Part shown: positions 1-11,100 of the stretch, piece by piece
How positions within the stretch are numbered: the first letter of the stretch is position 1
Layout of the letters: each line of letters opens with the position of its first letter
Assembly (NCBI GenBank): GCA_976551045.1
Contig: CDPCPM010000015.1
Span: 10,540,001 to 10,604,000 of the forward strand
Source of the DNA: Glaucostegus cemiculus
Lineage: Eukaryota
Length of the DNA stretch: 64,000 bases
Direction: 5' to 3'
Translations under genes and position numbers: made by a program
Notes under the pieces: model-generated
Database searches by the model: none
What the model saw: the letters and a program-made list of their open reading frames with translations, nothing else
What the model was told of the DNA's origin: nothing

Positions 1-90
1 GGGTTGAGGGAGGAAACCCATCCAGTCACAGGGGCAAACACAGACAGTACCGGAGGTCGGGATCAAACCTGGCGCTCTGGAGCTGTGCAG
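1..90 (-). mobile_element. tRNA-derived V-SINE fragment
   Basis: ggaaaccca...gtcacagggg...cacagacag...gggatcaaacc is the reverse of the SINE head/core seen at 48418. Confidence 0.5.
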
Positions 91-184
91 ATCTCTGCCA
101 AAAAGAGGTGTTTATGTGTAATGTCATGAGCTGGCAGCTCTTCTAATGCTGAAAACTAATGGAAAGTTTAAACAAAGGTTATAC

Positions 185-295
185 TTTAAAAGACATTTGG
201 CCGGTACTTGGACAGGAAGGGGGTAGGGGGATACAGACCTAAATGGGTTGAAGGGCCTGTGTCTGTGCTGTACAGCTCTAATACTTTATGACTCT
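185..295 (+). mobile_element. CR1 LINE 3' end fragment
   Basis: tttaaaagacatttgg...gaagggcctgtgtctgtgctgta, the tail shared with other CR1 copies here. Confidence 0.65.
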
Positions 296-689
296 AAGGT
301 CTATAATGCATTTATTTTCCCAACAATTGATGCAATGTCAGTCTAATTCTTTGTAACCATCTTTAAGAAACTGCTAGGAATTCCACACAACTATCAGAGT
401 ACTTTGAGCATTATGTTTTCTTTACAATATTCCAAACTTGCTAATTTTGGTCAAGCAGATTTTGAAAGATATCTATTACTATAGAAAGAATATCGAGGCT
501 GACAGCACTCTCCGTTGTTAAAGTGGAAATCAGGCCACAAACTCTGGCAATTCAATCAACAAGCTTCTGTGTTAGAAATTGTACAATAATATTACCTCAC
601 TGACAGATATATTTAGAAATCTGTGGAATAACATGCATTTTCATGACATATACTGAGAGAAACAAATATAGGGTTTGAAAATAAAAAAA

Positions 690-900
690 ATACTGCAGCT
701 GCTAGAACTCTGAAACCAGAACAGAAAAGGTTTGGACACTGAGCAGGCCATTGTGGAAAGAGAAACAGAGTTAACATTTCAGCTCAATGACCCTTGGTGA
801 GAACGGTTGCAACAAAAGTGTCACTGGCCTTAAACATAACACTGTTTCCCTTTCCACAGATGCTGCCTGACCTGCTTGGTGTTGTTTTGTTGTTTTGGCT
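690..900. mobile_element. Penelope-like-element terminal fragments in inverted arrangement
   Basis: gagaaacagagttaacatttcag and the reverse-oriented actgtttccctttccacagatgctgcctgacctgct motifs. Confidence 0.55.
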
Positions 901-1027
901 TCAAAAATTAGGGCTTGTTCATTTCAGTGTAACTAATGTCTTAATTATTGTCAAGTAAGCTCTATGTCTGTGCAAATTAAATTTTACATGCCTGGTGCCT
1001 CATTTCTTTAGATTTTAATGGCTAGAT

Positions 1028-1500
1028 CATAGAGTTGCGTGATAGAGTTACACAGCCAGGAAACTGGCCCTTTGGCCCAACTCGTCCATGTTGACCAAAA
1101 TGCCTATTTACACTAGTCCCATTTGCTTGCATTTGGCACGTATCCCTCTAAGCCTTTCCTATTCTTGTATGCATCCCAATGTCTTTAAAACATGCTGATT
1201 GTACCCCCCTCAACCACTTCCTCTGGCAGCTTGTTCCATATACGCACCACCCCCTGTGTGAAAAAGGTGCCCCTCAGGTCCCCTTTAAGTCCTTCCGTTC
1301 TTATCTATGTCCTCCAGTTTTAGTCTTCCTTACCCTGGGAAAAAGACCGTGATGATCTACCATATCTACGCCCCTCACGATTTTATAAACTTCTGTAAGG
1401 TCACTCCTCAGCCTCCTCCACTCCAAGGGAAACAATCCCAGCCTGTCCCATCTCTCCTTATAACTCTAGCCCTGCAGTCCAGACAATGTTCCCGTGAATC
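1028..1500 (-). mobile_element. CR1 LINE 3' fragment
   Basis: Tail ggccctttggcccaactcgtccatg plus degenerate ORF2 C-terminus. Confidence 0.8.
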
Positions 1501-2060
1501 TTAATTGTTGGAGTTTTAATTAAAAAAAATAAAAATCCAACTCTTTGGCCTGGTTTCTACCTTCTCCTTTCACTCCTATCTTCCTTCCCCTCTCTGCATT
1601 AAACTTTCTATATTTGATCCATCTTTGGATTAACAAGTGTGGAGTCATCGTCAGCCATGCAGGACTGAGACTTTTGGAATTCTCTACCTCAGATGATGAT
1701 TGAGAGCAACAGAATTTCGTACTCAGAGAATCAAGAGACAAGTAGGCAGACAGGAACAGGGTGGTGGGTATAAAATGTTATCCATGAACTTATTGAATGT
1801 CAGAGAAGGCCCGTTGCCCAGCTGCTTATTCTAGCTCCTTTTCCCTAAGCTTTGAGATGGATGATAGCTAATGACATTTGTTCATCATTGTCTGGCTCAG
1901 TGTGCCAAGTTTTATTTCATATCTAGAACAATCTCAATGACTTTTGTTAATTTAATTCTCTAAATAAAATGGAACTTTTGAAAATCTGTTTCCATATCCT
2001 ACAGTCAACTCATTCTGAACAGTTCTGAAAAATTATTTTTTGAATCGTAATCATCCTTAC

Positions 2061-2128
2061 CGTAAATAAATGGTCGTGCAGCTCGAGAAGGTAGCGTTTA
2101 AACTGCTCTGACTGTAAACATTGTTGAG
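2061..2128 (-). CDS. SEA domain exon 2 (LNNVYSQSSLNATFSSCTTIYLR)
   Basis: Acceptor tctcttccatcag|CTC, donor CG|gtaagg, 68 nt. Matches the length, Cys position and pattern of the short MUC16 SEA exon (LxxLFKNTSVGPLYSGCRLTLLR). Confidence 0.8.
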
Positions 2129-5100
2129 CTGATGGAAGAGATGTTTTAGGTTTCAGAAGTAAAATTAAAAGAAACAAATTTAAATCATAACATTTGGCAA
2201 TGCAAGATATTACTGACACTGGAAATCTGGAATAAAAACAGGATGTGCCGGGAATTCTGCACAAGTAAAAGAGCATCCATGGAGATAGAAACAGATTTAG
2301 CTTCTGATTAAAGTACATGGACCTGAAACACTGGGATCTAGACAGTCTTAGGCGATGTTTAAAGGTCAGCACAATTGTGGGCTGAAGGGCTTGTATTGCG
2401 CTGTACTGTTCTATGATTCTATGATCAGCATACCGCTCTCCACAGCTTTTCCTTTCCTCCACTTCTTGCAGAGGTTGGTGAATCTCTAGAATTCTTATCC
2501 TGGAGGGATTTCAGACGTGAGATCACTGGAGATATATAGAGGAGTAGATACATTTTTGAAAGATTGTAGGGCATGGGGAACTGACACAGAAGAGCAGCTG
2601 AGGCCAGCTGAATGCAGGGAGGCTCGAGGCTTGCTCCTGCTCCTATTTTCTTGTTTCCTTTTGTGTAGGGCGTAATGAGAAGACCTGAACTGGGAGACAT
2701 TCATCAAAATGTAACTGCCAGGCCTCGGAATCATGCCACTTAGACCCAGTCCTCTCAGAAATGTTTTGGCAGCCATTTTTGCAGGAGGCAAAGCTGAGAG
2801 CAGAGTCTCACCTGTCAAAGCTGGCTGGCTTCACTTGTCAGTCTTTAAAACTCCCTCATATTCAGGGACATAATAAACTATGAATAATGTTTCAAATATT
2901 TCTTTAAAATATTAGAAAAATAACATTCAAAAGGTTCTCGTAGCTTCTAAGAAACAAGATTATCTGAAGTAGCTCAGACAACATTTTTTGCACTCAACTT
3001 TTCACATGGCATCTATGGAGCTGGCACTCTCGAACCTAATGAATCTGGTCACTGTTCCTACACCAGGTTTTTCTGGCCTAGGGTATGAGGATCAGGAATT
3101 GAGAGAGTGAAGTATGCACTCATCAAAAGCATGAGGGTGAAGCGTTGCTGGTGATTGGTGAGAAGGGAGAGTCTAGGTTACACTCAGATCAGCCACACAC
3201 ATCAGATGGGGCAGACTTGAGAAAACGAGAAGTCTACTCTTGCTTCAAAAATGTATGTTCCTATTAGCAGCTCCAAGTAAATCTTGGACCTCCTCACCTG
3301 GAAGTGGCTCAGTTCCAGTCGTTCTATCACAGGTAGCCCAAGCGGCCAAGGAACTCCCTCTGTTTTCTTCACAGGTGCTGCCTACTGTTTCAGTACTTCC
3401 AGTTTTTGTCTAGTGATATAATGCTGCCACTCACCTGAACAAGGAGGGTGTTTGTCGTAATACTGTGCAAAATTGAAGCAGGATTTTGCAGACTATTGTT
3501 GATGGGTGGGTTGATTATAATGAAAGTCACATTAAAAAACATCGGTGGCACTCCTTGGGCTGGACTGTGTGTATGTAGTAAAACTGGTGCGTCCACTGTA
3601 AAACAGTAAATATTGAACAGAAAATGAGTTGCTCTTGCTTATGATTTTAAAATAAATTGAAAACATCCATATGAGGCACTGCCTCAAAAAGGTGGCATCT
3701 ATCATCGAGGATCCCCACTGTCTGGGTCATGCCCTCCTCTTGCTGCTATCATCAGACAGGAGGTACAGAAGCCTGAAGTCCCACGCCACCAGGTTCAGGA
3801 ACAGCTACTTTCTTGCAACCATCACGTCCTTGAACCAACCTGCAGAACCCTAACCCCACCTCAGCAATGGAACACTACGAACCACCTCTTGCACCCCCAT
3901 AGATTTGATTATGATGGGGTTTTTTGGCACTAGTGTCATGTTTTGCACACTTTTTCTTCACTGTCTTGTATAATTTATGTAGAATTTACTTTCACAGTTC
4001 AAAAACACAACACTGATGGCATGAGGAAGATTTGTTTTGTCAACCACTAACAGGCACAAAGTCATTAAAGCAGCTGCAATTCTGACCCAAACTTGGTATC
4101 AGAAAATCCAAACCGGTTTCAGTTAAAGCCTCCACATTGCAGCTTAGTTACAGTTACCATGCAGTAAAAACCTTATGGGCACATATCAAATTTCTCACTT
4201 TACCACCTTGAATAAATATTCCCAGATCGAATGTTGGACAGTTCCCTCCAACAACACATCTTCCATAGATATGCATCAATCAAATCAAATGGAGCCATGG
4301 AACATTCTCATTCAGATTGCATTCAGCATCAGCTTTTGCAAGAAATCGTCAAACTTCTCCACTGAAGAAAAACAGTTAAAAAAGCATATGTGTAATTATC
4401 TTTGGTCTAAGCTGCCTCATTTGTCACCAATAACGCAGCAGTGCTTTTGGGGACAATGATTTTGCTGATGATGTATTTGCTGTGAAATAGTTGCTGGATA
4501 TGGAAAGTAATCAGTAAAGTTATTGAAGTCTTTTTGGAAAGAGCAGAATTCTATCCCTTTTCGGTCTTTGTGAAGCAAATTTTATTTACCTGTTTACCAG
4601 AGAGAACTTGCAGAAGGAAATGTCGTCAAGTCAAGTTGAAGAAGTGTCAAGTCATCGAGTTTATTGTCATCTGCACAAGGACGTTGAGGTAGAGTACAAT
4701 GAAGAACTTGCACGCAGCAGTAACACAGACACATAGGTTCAGAATTCACACAAAAATAAATTATACAAGACAGTGAAGAGTAAAAGACTGTGCAAAAACA
4801 AAGTGAGAGTCAAAGTTGAGTTTATTGCCAGATGCACAAGTGTACATGTGTGCACAGGTGCAATGAAAAGCTTACTTGCAGCAGCATCACAGGCACACAG
4901 CATCAGGTACACAATGTTCACAAGAAAAATGTAAACTAAACATAAATTATACACAAAATTTTTACAAGAGAAAACACAATTAGAACAAAAGAAAAGTCGA
5001 TTGAAGTGCAAAATGGTAAAAGTATTGTTAAAATGAAGTAGTGATCAAGGTTTAAGAAGGAAAGTTGCTGTTCTTAAACCTAGTTGTGTAGACCTTTAGC

Positions 5101-8100
5101 TTTCTACATCTCCCACCTGCTGATAGCTGTGAGAAAATGGCAGGGTAAAACATACGTGAAAAAACAAAACCAGAATCAGAGACAAGTCCACGAGAGCGCA
5201 AGAGGTGGTGCATAGTGCTCTGCTGTTAAGGTAGAGTTTGGGTTGTGCAGATTAGTTCAAGAACTTGATAGTAGCAGGAAAGTAGCTGCTCCTGAACTTG
5301 GTGGTGGGAGAACAAGATGAAAACAATTAAAAAACAGTCCATGCCAAATATTCCTGAGAAAACCTCAGACACAGTGCGGAAGAATATTACAGTCACAAGT
5401 TCTTGCAATGCTGAGATAAATTCTGTCATGACTTTCCCAGATTAGGTAAAAATAATACTTGCATATCTTAAAGCAGCAAAATGAGTGTCAGAAATATTGA
5501 ACACTGACTTTCTATTTATTGTACGGTCTGTGCCAAAAAACCAAAGACAAGGTGATAATGGAAATGAATCAAAATCAAAAAGTCTGGACCGTACTCAGAT
5601 AGAGAAAGAAGAGGAGCAAACTATTGCACGAGGCGTTGAATTCAACAATTCAGATTTTGAGTAGTGCATATCCTTCAGTCCACCTGGGGTCAGTTGAGTC
5701 AAAAGAGACATGACTGTCAACATACAAAAGCAATGGGAGAGTAAGGCGATTAAGGTCTCTATGTTATGATGATTAAGGTCACCAAGACTTGTATTGCTTT
5801 CCATGCCAGTTGAAAAATGCTTCCTGCTCATATCAGTGTCAAACAGTCAGCAACTGAGATGTGTATTGCTTTCCATCCCACCTGATACACTTAGAACTGT
5901 GGTGGATTCTGGTGATAATGACTGTACAGATGAGCTTGGTGTTGCTGATGTGGAGATCGTTGACTGCCCTGAACCTGCAGTCGAAGCTGAAGCCTGTTCA
6001 GATGTGTAAACCGATGGCTCGGCTGAACCTGAACTGGCTCCCATCGATACACCTATCAGAAGAAAAGAGAATCGAATTTCCCTGACGTTACCATCTACCT
6101 TATATCCTTGCACAGATGACCTGGTTGCATGCTGTTTCTCGCCGAAATGCAGTTTGCTCTTGCACAAACATTTGCCTGCATAGCAAAACTGCAGATGGAA
6201 TGCTATTGTGCCCACAGATGTCCCTGCCAGTAAAGGTCTTTCAAACAATAATTTCTTCTTACTTGTTTCTGCCGTATCCATCGTCACCGCAGTGCTTTCC
6301 TCTGAAGTCCATTGTGCCGCTGAGGGACTTGCCACTTTACTCGGAGGACTCCGAGTTGAATGTGCACTTGTAGCTGTGGATGACAAAGAATCCATTGACT
6401 GCAGGTGTGCCTGATTCAGGATGCGAAAACACACATCCAGCCTATCTGCACTTCGCGACTTCTATCCTCCTCTGCCGCACATGTGAATCAAAGTTTAGAC
6501 ACAGTTTAATCTGGCAAAGCAGACTGGGGACTTCCTTCGTCAGGAAAGCAAGGATGTGCACTACTGTTCTCAAAAGATTGGACATTCTGAAGTGCTTTGC
6601 AGATACTTGTTGCTTGCCTGACCCGGCTGCAGTTTGACAAGAGTGCTTTGACCAGTGATAACCTACCTCCTTCAGTGTCCTGAAGAGTCAGCGTGGCATT
6701 TGTCACCAATGTTGATTTTGATCGAGCAGTTGCAGCCTGTTCTCCAGAAGTTGTTGTCAGCCATGTTTCAGACGAGGATAGCTTTGGCACTGCAGATGAT
6801 GAAGATGAATGAATGGCAGATGAAACGGCTGCACCTGAAGATGGAAGTTGTTCATTCCTCTCTGTGCTTTCCATATGGAAAAGGACAACTTGGGACAATG
6901 ACATTGTCTTACTTGATTCACTTGTGAGAAAGGACCCAGTACTGCCGTCCTGTGTCGACGATATTGCTGCTGGGGAACTTGCTGTTTCTCTTGCACTGGT
7001 GGATAGCACCGATGAGCGTGGAGTTGCATCCTCAGCTAAGGTAGACACTGTTGGTGCTCCTGTAATTGTCGAAGGTTCTGAAAGTAAAGAGAAATTTTTG
7101 CTCAACAAGTGTTAGCTCCGATTTGCAGAAAGTTGTCTGCTCATTTCAGTGTCGAACGGCGAGCAACCGAGACGTGTATTGCTTTCCATCCCACCTGATT
7201 CACTTCTGACTGTGGTGGATTCTGGTGATAATGACTGTGCTGCTGAACGTTGTGTTGTCGATGAAGGGAATGTTGACTGCCCCGAACCTCCTGTCGAAGC
7301 CGAATCCTGTGCAGATGTGACAACTGATGGCTCAGCTAATCCTCCAGTCAACGCTATCGATGGTCCTGTCAGAAGAAAAGAGAATTAATTTGCCCTGACA
7401 TTGCCATGCCTCTTATCCTTGCATATAAGAGCTGGCTGCTCGATGTTTCTCTCCCAAGTACAGTTTGCCTTTGCGTAAAACTTTGCATTCAGAGGAAATC
7501 AGGAAATGGAATGCAATCGTGACAACTAATATCTCTGCCAAGCAAAGGAGTCGCAAATAATTATTTCCTCTCACTTGTTTCTCCTGTGTCCAATGTCACT
7601 GCAGTGCTCTCTTCTGATGACCATTGCGCCGCTGAGGAGCTTGCCATTTTACTCAGAGGGCTCGATGTGGAATGCGGAGTTGTAGCTGTCGATGACAAAG
7701 AATGCACTTACTGCAGCTGTGTCTGAGTCAGGATTAGAAAACACATTTGCACACATTTGCAATCTGCATTCGGCTACTTCTACCTTCTGCCACTCAGCGG
7801 AATCTAAGCTTAAAGACAGCATGAACTGGCAAAGGAGACCTGGGCACTTCCTTTATCTGCCATTTCATCATCTGCACATCTGTTGCTCAAAGACTGGACG
7901 TTATCAAGATCTTCGCAGATCCTTGTTGTTCCCCGCACTGGCTGATGTTTGACAAGTGTCTTTTGCTCAGTGATAACCTACCTCCTTCAGTGTCCTCAAG
8001 AGTCAGCGTGCTGTTTGACACCAAAGTTGATTTTGATCGAGAAGTTGCTGCCTTTTCACCAGAGGTTGTTGTCAGCACCGTTTCAGACGGGGATTGATTT

Positions 8101-11100
8101 GGCTCTGCGGATGTTTCAGATGGTTGAATGGCAGATGAACTTGCTGCACCAGAAGATAGAAGTTGTTCATTACTCTCTGTGACTACCATAGGATAATAAG
8201 GGGGAACTGGGGACAATGACAATGTCTTACTTCTTTCACTTGTGAGAAAGGAGCCAGTACTGCTGTCCAGTGTTGATGATATTGCTGCTGAGGAATTTGC
8301 TGTGGCTCTCTCACCGGTGGAGGACACAAACGAGTGTGCGGATGCATCGACAGCCAAGTTAGACTTTGTTGGTACTCCTGTCATTGTCGAAGGTTCTGAA
8401 AGTAGAGTGAACTTTGTGTTAAATGACCGTGTGTTCCCAATTGAAAAATGCTTCCTGCTCATTTCAGTGTCAAACAGTCAGCAACCGAGACGTGTGTTGC
8501 TTTCCATCCCACCTGATACACTTAGAACTGTGGTGGATTCTGGTGATAATGACTGTGCAGATGAGTTTGGTGTTGCTGATGTGGAGATCGTTGACTGCCC
8601 TGAACCTGCTGTCGAAGCTGAAGCCTGTGCAGATGTGTCAACCGATGGCTCGGCTGAACATGAACTGGCTCCCATCGATACACCTATCAGAAGAAAAGAG
8701 AAGCAATTTGCCCTGACGTTACCATCTACCTTATATCCTTGCACAGATGACCTGGTTGCATGCTGTTTCTCGCCGAAATGCAGTTTGCTCTTGCACAAAC
8801 TTTTGCCTGCATAGCAAAACTGCAGATGGAATGCTATTGTGCCCACAGATGTCCCTGCCAGTAAAGGTCTTTCAAACAATAATTTCTTCTTACTTGTTTC
8901 TGCCGTATCCATCGTCACCGCAGTGCTTTCCTCTGAAGTCCATTGTGCCGCTGAGGGACTTGCCACTTTACTCGGAGGACTCCGAGTTGAATGTGCACTT
9001 GTAGCTGTGGATGACAAAGAATCCATTGACTGCAGGTGTGCCTGATTCAGGATGCGAAAACACACTTCCAGTCTATCTGCACTTCGCTACTTCTATCCTC
9101 CTCTGCCGCACATGCGAATCAAAGTTTAGACACAGTTTAATCTGGCAGAGCAGACTGGGGACTTCCTTGGTCAGGAAAGCGAGGATGTGCACTACTGTTG
9201 TTAAAAGATTGGACATTCTGAAGTGCTTTGCAGATACTTGTTGCTTGCCTGACCCGGCTGCAGTTTGACAAGAGTGCTTTGACCAGTGATAACCTACCTC
9301 CTTCAGTGTCCTGAAGAGTCAGCGTGGCATTTGTCACCAATGTTGATTTTGATCGAGAAGTTGCAGCCTGTTCTCCAGAAGTTGTTGTCAGCCATGTTTC
9401 AGACGAGGATAGCTTTGGCACTGCAGATGATGAAGATGAATGAACGGCAGATGAAACGGCTGCACCTGAAGATGGAAGTCGTTCATTACTCTCTGTGCTT
9501 TCCATGTGGAAAAGGACAACTCGGGACAATGACATTGTCTTACTTGATTCACTTGTGAGGAAGGACCCAGTACTGCCGTCCCGTGTCGACCATATTGCTG
9601 CTGGGGAACTTGCTGTTTCTCTTGCACTGGTGGATAGCACCGATGAGCGTGGAGTTGCATCCTCAGCTAAGGTAGACACTGTTGGTGCTCCTGTAATTGC
9701 CGAAGGTTCTGAAAGTATAGAGAAATTTTTGCTCAACAAGTGTTAGCTCCGATTTGCAGAAAGTTGTCTGCTCATTTCAGTGTCGAACGGCGAGCAACCG
9801 AGACGTGTATTGCTTTCCATCCCACCTGATTCACTTCTGACTGTGGTGGATTCTGCTGATAATGACTGGGCTGCTGAACGTTGTGTTGTCGATGAAGGGA
9901 ATGTTGACTGCCCCGAACCTCCTGTCGAAGCCGAATCCTGTGCAGAAGTGACAACTGATGGCTCAGCTAATCCTCCAGTCAACGCTATCGATGGTCCTGT
10001 CAGAAGAAAAGAGAATTAATTTGCCCTGACATTGCCATGCCTCTTATCCTTGCATATAAGAGCTGGCTGCTCGATGTTTCTCTCCCAAGTACAGTTTGCC
10101 TTTGCGTAAAACTTTGCATTCAGAGGAAATCAGGAAATGGAATGCAATCGTGACAACTAATATCTCTGCCAAGCAAAGGTGTCTCAAATAATTATTTCCT
10201 CTCACTTGTTTCTCCTGTGTCCAATGTCACTGCAGTGCTCTCTTCTGATGACCATTGCGCCGCTGAGGAGCTTGCCATTTTACTCAGAGGGCTCGATGTG
10301 GAATGTGGAGTTGTAGCTGTCGATGACAAAGAATGCACTTACTGCAGCTGTGTCTGAGTCAGGATTAGAAAACACATTTCCACACATTTGCAATCTGCAT
10401 TCGGCTACTTCTACCTTCTGCCACTCAGCGGAATCTAAGCTTAAAGACAGCATGAACTGGCAAAGGAGACCTGGGCACTTCCTTTATCTGCCATTTCATC
10501 ATCTGCACATCTGTTGCTCAAAGACTGGACGTTATCAAGATCTTCGCAGATCCTTGTTGTTCCCCGCACTGGCTGCAGTTTGACAAGTGTCTTTTGCTCA
10601 GTGATAACCTACCTCCTTCACTGTCGGCAAGAGTCAGCGTGCTGTTTGACACCAAAGTTGATTTTGATCGAGAAGTTGCTGCCTTTTCACCAGAGGTTGT
10701 TGTCAGCACCGTTTCAGACGGGGATTGATTTGGCTCTGCGGATGTTTCAGATGGTTGAATGGCAGATGAACTTGCTGCACCAGAAGATAGAAGTTGTTCA
10801 TTACTCTCTGTGACTACCATAGGATAATAAGGGGGAACTGGGGACCATGACAATGTCTTACTTCTTTCACTTGTGAGAAAGGAGCCAGTACTGCTGTCCA
10901 GTGTTGATGATATTGCTGCTGAGGAATTTGCTGTGGCTCTCTCACCGGTGGAGGACACAAACGAGTGTGCGGATGCATCGACAGCCAAGGTAGACTTTGT
11001 TGGTACTCCTGTCATTGTCGAAGGTTCTGAAAGTAGAGTGAACTCTGTGTTAAATGACCGTTTGTTTCCAATTGAAAATTGCTTCCTGCTCATTTCAGTG

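Noticed and set aside
4195-4361. Strong acceptor at 4361 followed by Cys-containing sequence (DAECNLNE...GRCVVGGNCP), EGF-like at first sight
   Set aside because: All three frames hit stops, and several frameshifts would be needed.
7706-7724. AG|ACACAGCTGCA|GTAAGT 11-nt micro-exon in type-2 monomers
   Set aside because: It shifts the frame, leaves only 26 nt to the next acceptor and is absent from type-1 monomers.
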